Source: Clostridia bacterium (GTDB lineage: Bacteria; Bacillota; Clostridia; Oscillospirales; CAG-382). From it: a stretch of 64,000 nt of DNA. Within the stretch, counting starts at the first letter, position 1. Each line of letters begins with the position of its first letter. A program made the position numbers and the translations under genes. The stretch spans positions 459 to 64,458 of the forward strand of contig JAFXDO010000066.1 of assembly GCA_017563195.1 (NCBI GenBank). The letters run 5' to 3'. Positions 7,302 through 16,574 of this stretch are shown here, in pieces. The notes under the pieces were generated by a model. The model searched no databases and was not told where the DNA came from. It saw only the letters and a program-made list of their open reading frames with translations.

Positions 7302-9878
7302 TTATTCGTCGTTGCTCTGCTCTGTGTTTTCGGTTGCCACAGCTTCAGCAGATTCATCAGGATCGGGATCATCGTCGGGATCATCGTCGGAAGCATCCTC
7401 GCTTCCATTTTTGCGTGCATTCAACCAAAGGTATGCGGGAAGTCCCAGGAAGCCGATTGCAAGAATGACGATCGAAACAGCCTGGATTGCGTTTTCGAAG
7501 CCGTTATTTTCGGTTACAGTCGCGTCATTTGACGAATCTTCGTATAGTTCTTCGTCTTCATCGCCGACTTCTACACTTGACTTCATAGCATCCTTCGAAT
7601 ACGCAGAGATTTTCTTTATGTCCGAAAGTGACTTTTTGAGATAAGACGCGGCATTACGTGCACATTCATCGCCCGACTCATATTCGGAAGCAATAGAAAT
7701 ACCGTTAGAGACCGCTTCATCGATCTTCGTCTTCATAGCCTCGATATCGGATCCCGAAAGCTCTTCGGAAAGTGTCTTCAATTCCTCAGCGTAATCTAAA
7801 AGCTTGCTTACATCGGTGCTCGAATCGGTTTCATCGATAACCGTCTTGATACGTACCGTAATCGTTTCGTACGTATGGTCAAGCATTGCGATCACAGCGT
7901 TTTTGGCACTGTAATTAGGGTTGACCGCAGGCTTCGCAAACACCGTTTCGGCAACCTCGCCGTATCCGCCTACTATGTACTGACTGTACGAGAAGAATGC
8001 AGAGCCTGCAGCGCCGCATTCACGCGCCTTGAGAATCTGCTCTATATAGGTCTTTGCACCGTTGTCACGAAGGCCGATTATCGCAAACACGTTGTCTGCA
8101 GAAGAGTCAAGCGTGCTGTTGGTCCACTTTTCAACAGCGTCGGTGGTTCCATACGCCATAGGATATACAACGTCAACTATTCCCTCCTCAAGCCAGGTAA
8201 CCGTATCCTGGCACATCTTGGAAATGCTCGAGGGGTAATCGGGTGCAACGTCACAGGAAAGCCAAACGTCGGGTCTTATCTCGTCTATCATAGTTTTTAC
8301 CGATTTCACAAGATCGGTAACAAAGGAGGCACGGAATTTACACCATTCATCCCAGCCGGCCTGCGAAGACGAGGTAGGAACCGAAGAAAAGTCGTATTCC
8401 TCAAGGAAAAGCTTTTTCGTATACTCATCATATCCGAAATTGACGGTTGAATTTTCAGGATAACGAACATAATCAAGCTGGAAGCCGTCTATATCGTAAT
8501 TTTCAAGGATATACTTGTAATTCTCGAGAAGGAATTCCTTAACCTCGGGAAGTGCGGGATTGAGAAAATATGCATTGCCGTACTCATTGGAAACGGTAGT
8601 ACCGCCGTTCTGGTCGGTATTAAGCCATTCGGTTTTCTTCTTACCGACCGAGCGCGCAACGTTTGCTGAAGCATCGTGACCCACTCTGTAGCAGGACATC
8701 CAAGCGACCACCTCAACACCCGCTTCGTGGAACTTATCGATATACTTTGCGAGCATATCCTTTCCGCCAAAAGCGGGGTTCTGCTCAAACAGGCTGTCCT
8801 CCGGCATCGGCATTATGGTAGTGGAATCAAAGAGAATTTCGATACATACCGAATTAAATCCCATTTCGACTATCTCGTCAACTACGTCCGCTACCGTATC
8901 GTCATCCCCCTTGGTTGGAATGCGAAGCCAAAGAGTCCTTGCTTCAACGGGCACGTACGGGATGAGAGCTACTTCAAGGAGCTCGTATGCCTTATCAAAC
9001 GAATTCGACAGCTTAAGAAATTCGAAAACGTCGTCGGCAGACAACGCAGCTTTAATATCTTCATAAAAAGCATTCAAAGCTTCCAGCGCAGTCTTTGCAG
9101 AATTAATATCTACGTCTGCATAGGTCATATATGCGGAGGTGTATTTTTCAACAGCGTTATCAAGCCTCAATTTGAATCCGCTCGCCGCATTCTCCTTTGT
9201 ATACGAAACGGTGATCGTCTTTGCAGTTTCATCGAGCACGGCACTGTATCCGAGCTTGCAGACCGCCTCTACAACAGGCTTTTTGACACCGACACCCGAA
9301 ATTACGTATCCGCCCTCGGGGATCGCATTATTGTTGCCGCCGACGGAAATGATCGTACCGTCAGCGTCCACACAGGCCTCATAGCCCCAAGTGTTTGTTT
9401 CGCTGGTTGCCTTACCGCGATAAATGATCAGCTTATCTGCGGAACGGATCACGTTAACGCCGTCATATGCAATAGTTTCTGACACAAAGGGCGTGTAATC
9501 GGCAGATACCATCGTAACCGAGGAATAAACCTCGTCAAACATGACCGTATCTCCGACCTTTACACTTGCAAGATCAGCCTTCTTTGCGGGACCGACACTA
9601 AGAACAAATCCGTCAGACGGAATATTCGAGTTACTTTTGTTAATAGCGGTAACAATACCGTTCGGACCCACAACGTATTCTGCACCGTTACCTGCGGTTC
9701 CGGTCTTCTCCCCGTGTTCGGGAGTATAAACAACAACAGAAACAGCAACACGCTCTCCGTTTACCGACGTAACGTCAAGATTCATACAATAGCCGACGTC
9801 ATCGCCCTGTACGGTGATGATCGGCATTACGGATAAAAGCATTGTGATGATAAGTATCTTCGCTAAAGCTTTTTTCAT
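7302..9878 (-). CDS. Glycoside hydrolase-like family 10 (GHL10/DUF187, YngK-type) protein with signal peptide, C-terminal TM anchor and acidic tail
   Basis: GHL10-like core: NSVCIEILFDS...EVVAWMSCYRVGHD...YFLNPALPEVKEF...DIDGFQLDYVRYP. Start set at MKKALAK (AGGTG SD); the track ATG is at 9890. C-terminal TM AIQAVSIVILAIGFLGLPAYLWL, then DDDPDDDPDPDE. Confidence 0.75.
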   Translation of the reverse strand: MKKALAKILIITMLLSVMPIITVQGDDVGYCMNLDVTSVNGERVAVSVVVYTPEHGEKTGTAGNGAEYVVGPNGIVTAINKSNSNIPSDGFVLSVGPAKKADLASVKVGDTVMFDEVYSSVTMVSADYTPFVSETIAYDGVNVIRSADKLIIYRGKATSETNTWGYEACVDADGTIISVGGNNNAIPEGGYVISGVGVKKPVVEAVCKLGYSAVLDETAKTITVSYTKENAASGFKLRLDNAVEKYTSAYMTYADVDINSAKTALEALNAFYEDIKAALSADDVFEFLKLSNSFDKAYELLEVALIPYVPVEARTLWLRIPTKGDDDTVADVVDEIVEMGFNSVCIEILFDSTTIMPMPEDSLFEQNPAFGGKDMLAKYIDKFHEAGVEVVAWMSCYRVGHDASANVARSVGKKKTEWLNTDQNGGTTVSNEYGNAYFLNPALPEVKEFLLENYKYILENYDIDGFQLDYVRYPENSTVNFGYDEYTKKLFLEEYDFSSVPTSSSQAGWDEWCKFRASFVTDLVKSVKTMIDEIRPDVWLSCDVAPDYPSSISKMCQDTVTWLEEGIVDVVYPMAYGTTDAVEKWTNSTLDSSADNVFAIIGLRDNGAKTYIEQILKARECGAAGSAFFSYSQYIVGGYGEVAETVFAKPAVNPNYSAKNAVIAMLDHTYETITVRIKTVIDETDSSTDVSKLLDYAEELKTLSEELSGSDIEAMKTKIDEAVSNGISIASEYESGDECARNAASYLKKSLSDIKKISAYSKDAMKSSVEVGDEDEELYEDSSNDATVTENNGFENAIQAVSIVILAIGFLGLPAYLWLNARKNGSEDASDDDPDDDPDPDESAEAVATENTEQSNDE

Positions 9879-9889
9879 AATACACCTCA

Positions 9890-11287
9890 TTATTTCGGTT
9901 CGGTGACTGTGTAGTCATCGGAAATTTCCGCATTGATGAGAAGGCTCTTCAAAAGCTCGAATTGGCTTTTCCCTTTTTCTCCCGAATTAATGTACGTGAA
10001 GTTGTCCTTCTGCATCATCGGATAATATACGTTACCTATGGTTCCGTCTGCGTTAATGGTGGTCTTAAGCATTCCGCAGGTAAGATCGTGGCTGGAGAAG
10101 GTAAAGTTTCCGAGGCTGTATACGATGAGCTTACCCTTGTAGTACTCGAGTCCCTGCATACAGTGAGAATGCATACCGACAACAACGTCGGCGCCCGCAT
10201 CAACAAACGCCTTACCCATACTTTTTTGACCGCCGGTGAGATTCGTTGTGCTTTCAATACCCCAGTGAACGTACGCTATCACGTAGTCGGCATTTTCCTT
10301 GGCGGCAGAGATTTCCCTCGACATCGAAACCGTGTCGAATATCTGGAACACACCGCTCTGATTCTCCTTTGCACCTCGCGTGCTGTACGGGTCGATAGCA
10401 GAGCCTGCAACAATTGCGATCTTCATACCGTTGACTATGTAATAATAAGGAGCCTTCGCTTCCTCAAGGTTTTCACCTGCGCCGAGTCGGGCTATGCCCG
10501 CCTTATCAAGCGTTGCCAAGGTATCGGTAAGCGAATCGGGACCGTAGTCAAACGCATGATTATTCGCGAGCCCAACTATATCGACGCCCATTTCGTAATA
10601 GATCGAAACGTTCTCGGGCTTTCCTCGGAAGGTCCACATCTTATTGGGAATGGGAGCGCCGCGTGTGGTAAAGGTAAACTCGTTGTTAGCCATCGTAACG
10701 GTGGCATCGCGCATAATCTTAAGAACCTCTTCCGAAACGATCCCCTCCGCGCCCTTGCCGCGTGATCTGTATTGATTCATTACGCTGTATCCGTCGGAAA
10801 AGCTAACGTCTCCGACGAAAACAAGAGTTGTCGCTCTGTTTTCGGTATTACCGAGTTGCTCTGTACGTTCAAGCTCGCCGTTAAGTATCGAAAGAAACGC
10901 CTTTTCGGTATACCCGACAACACTCCTCATACTCTCGGTCGAAACAACGCCCGAGTCGAGTGCATTTGCGAGGGTCTCGACCGTATCACTGCCGAAAGCC
11001 TCGGACATTTTGTCGATAAACGCTTCATCAACGTCATCCTTGAATGATACTTCAAAATTCCCGATATTTTCAAGAATCGATGCCTTTGCAAGCTCAAACG
11101 AGTCGAGGTTCATAGGCGTACTGTTTTCCGAAGGCTCCGAAACGTTTTCGGGCGGCGGGCTGACGGGCGTCGGTGAATAACCGTCCGACGGCTCATCGGT
11201 AAGCAGCGCAGTTAACAGCACGGCGCAAACTATCGCCAAAGCCGTTATTATGGCTATAGTGATTATTGTCCCCTTATTTTTCATCAT
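9890..11287 (-). CDS. CapA family (PGA_cap metallophosphatase-like) membrane-anchored protein
   Basis: 465 aa. N-terminal TM and a Pro/Ser linker. Motifs LVFVGDVSF, GLANNHAFDYG, YVHWGIE, VVGMHSH. Confidence 0.8.
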   Translation of the reverse strand: MMKNKGTIITIAIITALAIVCAVLLTALLTDEPSDGYSPTPVSPPPENVSEPSENSTPMNLDSFELAKASILENIGNFEVSFKDDVDEAFIDKMSEAFGSDTVETLANALDSGVVSTESMRSVVGYTEKAFLSILNGELERTEQLGNTENRATTLVFVGDVSFSDGYSVMNQYRSRGKGAEGIVSEEVLKIMRDATVTMANNEFTFTTRGAPIPNKMWTFRGKPENVSIYYEMGVDIVGLANNHAFDYGPDSLTDTLATLDKAGIARLGAGENLEEAKAPYYYIVNGMKIAIVAGSAIDPYSTRGAKENQSGVFQIFDTVSMSREISAAKENADYVIAYVHWGIESTTNLTGGQKSMGKAFVDAGADVVVGMHSHCMQGLEYYKGKLIVYSLGNFTFSSHDLTCGMLKTTINADGTIGNVYYPMMQKDNFTYINSGEKGKSQFELLKSLLINAEISDDYTVTEPK

Positions 11288-12086
11288 TTTTAACCCTCAC
11301 GTTATATTCTCTGAACGGTATTTCGATTTCCGCATCCTTAAATGCGGATCTGACCTTTAAAAGCAGTTCTTCCCTGAGCGTCCAATAATCGGAAACGTCA
11401 CACCATACTCTCAATGCGTATTTGACTCCTTTTTCTCCGCATTCAAGCAGCACAGCCTGAGGGCTCGGGTCCTTCAGAGTACCGACACAAGTCTCTGCAA
11501 CTTCAAGCATAACAGCCTTTACTCTTTCGGAGTCGACCTTGTAATCAGTATAAAGCTCAAGATCGACACGACGCGTACTTTCAAGCGAATAGTTTGTTAT
11601 CACCGAATTGGTAAGGCTGCCGTTTGGAACCGTAATAACCTTGTTATCGGGAGTCACGAGAACAGTATAAAACACCGTGATCTGTCTAACCGTACCCGAG
11701 GCACCCTCGGCTTCGATGTAATCACCTGCACGGAACGGACGGAAAAGCAGGATCATAAGTCCGCCCACAAGGTTCGACAGAGCGCCCTGCACGGCAAGAC
11801 CTACAGCGACGCCTGCCGATGCGATAAGCGCAACCATCGAGCTCATCGGAACTCCGAGGATCGCAACCACCGAAACGATAACAACCACCTTAAGAGAAAT
11901 CGAAACGAAGCTCGCAACAAAGCCTGACGTCGACTCATCAAGATTCTTGAACGCCTTGCCGTTTTTTATCGGCTTGGTTATGGCGTTGACGATTTTGAAG
12001 CCGACAAAAAATACGATCAATGCAAGAAGAAGATTCTTTGCCGCAGGCACTATCAATGCCGAAAGATCATTCATAATTTTATCCAC
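11274..12086 (-). CDS. Small-conductance mechanosensitive channel (MscS family)
   Basis: 270 aa with three N-terminal TM helices and an MscS beta-domain (LFRPFRAGDYIE...G.V..I....T). GTG start 9 nt after GGAGG. Overlaps the capA-like start by 14 nt. Confidence 0.85.
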   Translation of the reverse strand: MDKIMNDLSALIVPAAKNLLLALIVFFVGFKIVNAITKPIKNGKAFKNLDESTSGFVASFVSISLKVVVIVSVVAILGVPMSSMVALIASAGVAVGLAVQGALSNLVGGLMILLFRPFRAGDYIEAEGASGTVRQITVFYTVLVTPDNKVITVPNGSLTNSVITNYSLESTRRVDLELYTDYKVDSERVKAVMLEVAETCVGTLKDPSPQAVLLECGEKGVKYALRVWCDVSDYWTLREELLLKVRSAFKDAEIEIPFREYNVRVKNDEK

Positions 12087-12126
12087 AGCGGAATACCTCC
12101 GAATATATACTGTATCTCAATTTATT

Positions 12127-12155
12127 ATGATACCCAATAAATGCAACAAAGTCAA
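12127..12155 (-). promoter_or_regulatory. Sigma-A-type promoter for the mscS-capA-GHL10 operon
   Basis: Minus strand reads TTGACT-N17-TATCAT. Confidence 0.4.
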
Positions 12156-12235
12156 CATTTTATGGATAAATTATCATATAGAGGTAAAAAAATCGGAATG
12201 CGCGAAGGAAAATAGCCTCTTCGTATTGACTTTTT

Positions 12236-12263
12236 TTCGCAATTTGTTATACTTAATATGACT
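12236..12263 (+). promoter_or_regulatory. Sigma-A-type promoter for parA-parB
   Basis: TTGACT-N16-TATACT with TGn (tTGtTATACT). Confidence 0.45.
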
Positions 12264-12285
12264 AACTCGGTTAACAGAGGGTATT

Positions 12286-13059
12286 ATGCAAAAATCAAAA
12301 ATCATTTGCTTTGCTAACCAAAAGGGCGGCGTCGGAAAAACGACGTGTGCTTTGAATATAGCTGCTTGTATCGCGCGAAGCGGCAGGAGCGTTTTGTTTA
12401 TTGATTCAGACCCGCAGGGCAATGCCACCAGCGGTATCGGCATCAAAAAACGCAGCATTACCGGCAGCGTTTACGATCTTCTCATCGGCAGAACGAGATG
12501 GGAGGACACCGCAGTAAAGACCAACGTGCGCGGCTTATCAATAATTCCGTCAAGCATGAACCTTGTCGGTGCAGAGCTTGAACTGGTAGATGAGACCGAC
12601 CGCGAATACAGGCTCAAGAAGGCGATCGCGGGTGCCGAGGAAAAATTCGATTACATTATCATCGACTGTCCCCCTTCCCTCGGTCTTCTTACGATCAATT
12701 CGCTTGCTGCCGCCAAATACGTAGTTATTCCCGTGCTTTGCGAGTATTACTCGCTTGAGGGGCTGTCTCAGCTTACCGCTACGATCAAGCAGATGAAGAA
12801 GCTCTACAATCCCGAAATCGAGCTTTTGGGTGTTTTGATAAATATGTTTGACGGAAGACTCAATCTTTCGATCGCCGTGCTTGAGGAAATTAAAAAGTAT
12901 TTTGCTGACAAGCTTTTCAGAACGCCGATTCCGCGCAGCGTTAAGATAAGCGAGGCACCGAGCCACGGTATGCCCATCACCGAGTACGACAGAAACGGCA
13001 AGGGCGCCGTCGCCTATTCGGCGGTCACGCTTGAATTAATGCAGAGATGTGAAAGATAA
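12286..13059 (+). CDS. parA: ParA/Soj chromosome partitioning ATPase
   Basis: 257 aa. Deviant Walker A NQKGGVGKTT. Confidence 0.9.
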   Translation: MQKSKIICFANQKGGVGKTTCALNIAACIARSGRSVLFIDSDPQGNATSGIGIKKRSITGSVYDLLIGRTRWEDTAVKTNVRGLSIIPSSMNLVGAELELVDETDREYRLKKAIAGAEEKFDYIIIDCPPSLGLLTINSLAAAKYVVIPVLCEYYSLEGLSQLTATIKQMKKLYNPEIELLGVLINMFDGRLNLSIAVLEEIKKYFADKLFRTPIPRSVKISEAPSHGMPITEYDRNGKGAVAYSAVTLELMQRCER

Positions 13060-13071
13060 CGGAGGACAATT

Positions 13072-13965
13072 ATGGCAAAAAAGGGCCTGGGAAGAGGGCT
13101 TGACGCGCTTCTTGCCGATAACGCTATAGACGACAACGACAAGCAGGGCGTCACGATGCTGAAGATATCCGACGTAGAGCCCAACAGAGGTCAGGCAAGA
13201 AAGCAGTTTGACGAGGCTGCGCTTTTCGAGCTTGCCGACTCGATCGGAAGGCACGGTATTTTACAGCCCATCGCCGTACGCCGCAAGGCTAACGGATATT
13301 ACGAAATAATCGCAGGCGAACGCAGATGGAGAGCGTCTAAGATCGCAGGACTCAGCGAAATACCCGCCATCGTCAAGGAGGTCGACGACCAGCTTGCCGG
13401 CGAGCTTTCTCTTATTGAAAATCTGCAGCGCGAGAACCTCAATGCCGCCGAAGAGGCTCGGGGCTACCGCGATCTTATGGACAGATTCGGGCTCACTCAA
13501 GAGGAAGCAGCAGAGCGTGTAGGCAAATCCAGAACTGCTGTCGCAAATCTGTTGAGAATACTCAAGCTGCCCGAAAGTATTCTTTCGCTTGTCGAGGACG
13601 GTTCGCTTTCCTACGGACACGCGAGAACGCTTATCCCGCTTACCTCGACCTGCAACGAAAACGAGCTTAAGGCTCACGCAGAGCACGTTATAAAGAACGC
13701 ACTTTCGGTTCGTCAGACCGAGCAATACGTAAAGAAGATCCTTGAAGGAGACAAAATTCCTCCGCAGGACACCGCTTCGAACGTAAGCAGAGCTTATTTC
13801 AAAAAGATCGAAGGCGATATGAGCGACAGCCTCGGCAGAAAAGCCACGATCAAGCAAGATCCCGACGGAAATGGCAAGCTCACGCTTTACTTTACAGGCA
13901 ACGATGATCTTGAGGCGCTGATAAAGCACATTTGCGGCAACGCATTTTTTGAAAACGAACAATAA
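13072..13965 (+). CDS. parB: ParB/Spo0J partition protein
   Basis: 297 aa. ParB box IIAGERRWRAS plus an HTH region. Confidence 0.9.
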   Translation: MAKKGLGRGLDALLADNAIDDNDKQGVTMLKISDVEPNRGQARKQFDEAALFELADSIGRHGILQPIAVRRKANGYYEIIAGERRWRASKIAGLSEIPAIVKEVDDQLAGELSLIENLQRENLNAAEEARGYRDLMDRFGLTQEEAAERVGKSRTAVANLLRILKLPESILSLVEDGSLSYGHARTLIPLTSTCNENELKAHAEHVIKNALSVRQTEQYVKKILEGDKIPPQDTASNVSRAYFKKIEGDMSDSLGRKATIKQDPDGNGKLTLYFTGNDDLEALIKHICGNAFFENEQ

Positions 13966-13983
13966 ACGAACGGAGAAAACAAA

Positions 13984-15261
13984 ATGATTGACATTAAATT
14001 CCTTCGCGAAAACCCCGACGCGGTACGCGAAAACATCAAAAAGAAGTTTCAGGACGATAAGCTTCCTCTCGTTGACGAGGTTATAGAGCTTGACAAGCGC
14101 AATCGTGAGATCAAGACCGAGGTCGAAGCACTTCGTGCAAACAGAAACAAGGCCTCCAAGCAGATCGGCGCTTTAATGGCTCAGGGCAAGCGCGACGAGG
14201 CTGAGGAGGTCAAGCGCGCTATCGCTGCAGACGGCGGCAAGATCGACGAGCTTTCCGCAGAGGAAAAGGAAGTAACCGAAAAGCTCAACACCATCATGAT
14301 GCGAATCCCGAACATCATAGACCCCTCTGTTCCCATCGGCAAGAGTGATGAGGAAAACGTTGAGGTTGAACGCTTCGGCGAGGCGCTCGTTCCCGATTTT
14401 GATATTCCCTACCACACCGATATTCTCGAAAAGCTCAACGGCATCGATCTCGACAGCGCAAGAAAGGTTGCGGGAAACGGATTCTATTATCTTACCGGCG
14501 ACATTGCACAGCTTCACTCCGCAGTTCTTGCATACGCACGGGACTTTATGATCAAGCGCGGCTTTGAATACTGCATTCCTCCCTTTATGATCCGGAGCAA
14601 CGTCGTCACCGGCGTTATGAGTTTTGCCGAAATGGAAGCAATGATGTACAAGATCGAGGGCGAAGACCTTTACCTCATCGGTACCAGTGAGCACTCCATG
14701 ATCGGTCGATATATCGACACCATCATTCCCGAGGCTCAGCTTCCCAAGACCCTTACCAGCTACTCCCCCTGCTTCCGCAAGGAAAAGGGCGCACACGGCA
14801 TCGAGGAGCGCGGCATCTACCGTATCCACCAGTTTGAGAAGCAGGAAATGATCGTTATCTGTAAGCCCGAGGACAGCATGATGTGGTTTGACAAGCTTTG
14901 GCAGAACACCGTCGATCTTTTCCGTTCGCTCGATATTCCCGTTCGTACCATCGAATGCTGCTCCGGTGACCTTGCAGATCTTAAGGTCAAGTCGGTTGAC
15001 GTCGAAGCCTGGTCCCCCAGACAGAAGAAGTATTTCGAGGTCGGCTCCTGCTCGAACCTCGGCGACGCACAGGCTCGAAGACTCAAGATCCGCGTTGACA
15101 GCGCAAACGGCAAGTACCTCGCGCACACCCTTAACAATACCGTCGTTGCACCTCCCAGAATGCTCATCGCACTCATCGAAAACAATCTCAACGAGGATGG
15201 CAGCGTAAATATTCCCGAAGCACTCAGACCTTACATGCTCGGTAAGGAAATCATTAAATAG
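13984..15261 (+). CDS. serS: Serine--tRNA ligase
   Basis: 425 aa. N-terminal coiled-coil arm MIDIKFLRENPD. Class II motifs CFRKEKGAHG...RIHQFEKQE and GSCSN. Confidence 0.95.
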   Translation: MIDIKFLRENPDAVRENIKKKFQDDKLPLVDEVIELDKRNREIKTEVEALRANRNKASKQIGALMAQGKRDEAEEVKRAIAADGGKIDELSAEEKEVTEKLNTIMMRIPNIIDPSVPIGKSDEENVEVERFGEALVPDFDIPYHTDILEKLNGIDLDSARKVAGNGFYYLTGDIAQLHSAVLAYARDFMIKRGFEYCIPPFMIRSNVVTGVMSFAEMEAMMYKIEGEDLYLIGTSEHSMIGRYIDTIIPEAQLPKTLTSYSPCFRKEKGAHGIEERGIYRIHQFEKQEMIVICKPEDSMMWFDKLWQNTVDLFRSLDIPVRTIECCSGDLADLKVKSVDVEAWSPRQKKYFEVGSCSNLGDAQARRLKIRVDSANGKYLAHTLNNTVVAPPRMLIALIENNLNEDGSVNIPEALRPYMLGKEIIK

Positions 15262-15272
15262 GACTGATTTTA

Positions 15273-15713
15273 ATGGATATCAACAACATTATTTGGATGT
15301 TCGGCGTCGGCGTCGCCATTGCGATGGCTGTTACCTATTACAACGCCCGTTTTCTCGGAAAGCTGGTTCGCGCTCTGATCGACATTGACGCGACCTCTCC
15401 CGAAAGCGCCATCACGCTTGAAGAGATAAATATGAAGCTCACTCCCGCGCTCAAGTATTCGCTTCGTCCGGGAAGCTCGTTTTCCGAAACCGTCGTTCAG
15501 ACCGCAGACAACAGGTATTACATTGCGCCCGACAAGCTTGCTATGGCGAAATCCAAATATCGAGGAAAGGACACTACCATCCTCTTCCTTTTACTCAGCT
15601 TGGTTATTCTTGTAATCATAGTCAGTGCTATGACGGAGCTGTTTCCGATGGCATTTTCAAGATTGCAGGGTGCGTTTCGTTACATATCCGGCCTCGGAGG
15701 TGAGAGACTGTGA
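15273..15713 (+). CDS. Hypothetical membrane protein (TM helices at both ends)
   Basis: 146 aa with hydrophobic N- and C-terminal segments. Its stop overlaps the GTG start of the next gene (GTGA). Confidence 0.55.
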   Translation: MDINNIIWMFGVGVAIAMAVTYYNARFLGKLVRALIDIDATSPESAITLEEINMKLTPALKYSLRPGSSFSETVVQTADNRYYIAPDKLAMAKSKYRGKDTTILFLLLSLVILVIIVSAMTELFPMAFSRLQGAFRYISGLGGERL

Positions 15714-16573
15714 AAACTCAAGGTAAGATCAACCCCATACTCGTTATTTTGATTGCCGCTTTGCTTGTCTCTGCGATCACCCTTTTGATCGTTTATCTTT
15801 CGGGCGGCAGATATAACCCCTCGCTTCCAAACGGCGCAAAGTTTTTGGGTAAATCCGAAAACGGACAGCCGGTTTCGGGTACCATCAGGTATCAGGACGA
15901 CACAGAGGCGGAGCTTGACTTTTACAACAGGACCATACGCTACGCAAACGGTGACGTTTATATAGGCGAGATATCGAACGGTTGCAGACACGGCCACGGC
16001 ATTATGAGCTTTGCTTCGACCGGTGACGTTTATGAGGGATATTTCCAGAATGACCAGATTACCGGCACAGGCACGTTCAAATACTCGAACGGCGATCTTT
16101 ACGTCGGCGGATTCCTCAATTCACAGAAGCACGGTGAAGGTACCTTTACATACGCAAACGGCAACTCGTACGTCGGCAGCTTTGAAAACGACGTAAGAAG
16201 CGGCAAGGGCGTATTCAAATGGGCGTCGGGTGCTTCCTATGAGGGCGACTTTGCCAACGATCTCAAGCACGGCTACGGCACTATGCTTTATGAAAGCGGC
16301 GACCGTTACGAGGGATATTTCAAAAACGATATGCGCGACGGCGAAAAGGGCATTTACATATGGTCCAACTCCGAGCGCTATAACGGAACCTTCCGCAACA
16401 ACCTTATGGATACTCGCACGGTCGACTCCGAGGGCAACTTCGTCATCAACGAATTCGGCGAATACGTTCACGGCGAAGAGGCTGTTTACACGTTTACCAC
16501 CGGCAGAACCTATCGCGGTTATTTTGAAAACGGTCAGGCGGTCGGCATCAACATTACTAATTCGGGAGACTAA
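15710..16573 (+). CDS. MORN-repeat protein with N-terminal TM anchor
   Basis: GTG start 9 nt after GGAGG. TM ILVILIAALLVSAITLLIVYL. About 7-8 consecutive 23-aa Y.G.F.N....G.G.. repeats. Confidence 0.8.
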   Translation: MKTQGKINPILVILIAALLVSAITLLIVYLSGGRYNPSLPNGAKFLGKSENGQPVSGTIRYQDDTEAELDFYNRTIRYANGDVYIGEISNGCRHGHGIMSFASTGDVYEGYFQNDQITGTGTFKYSNGDLYVGGFLNSQKHGEGTFTYANGNSYVGSFENDVRSGKGVFKWASGASYEGDFANDLKHGYGTMLYESGDRYEGYFKNDMRDGEKGIYIWSNSERYNGTFRNNLMDTRTVDSEGNFVINEFGEYVHGEEAVYTFTTGRTYRGYFENGQAVGINITNSGD

Positions 16574-16574
16574 A

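Noticed and set aside
12079-12169. A perfect DnaA box (TTATCCACA, 12079-12087) and a one-mismatch box (TATGGATAA, 12161-12169). They lie in the AT-rich divergent region next to parAB, at a strand-switch point, raising the possibility of oriC.
   Set aside because: - One exact 9-mer is expected by chance about 0.5 times in 64 kb on both strands.
- There is no dnaA/dnaN and no cluster of boxes.
- A second divergent switch exists at 46.2 kb.
- The perfect box overlaps the mscS start codon.
- This is not enough evidence for an origin. A whole-genome GC-skew plot would settle it.
12286-13965. Looked for a parS site (TGTTNCACGTGAAACA) in and around parAB.
   Set aside because: - Only unrelated CACGTG-containing sequences were found by eye (for example 22676, 56575), with non-matching flanks.
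- I cannot exclude a degenerate site without a proper scan.
13966-13983. T-box or riboswitch leaders upstream of serS, pheS (42190-42215) and ilvE (61957-61994).
   Set aside because: - The available untranslated regions are only about 18, 26 and 38 nt.
- That is far too short for T-box or known riboswitch architectures.
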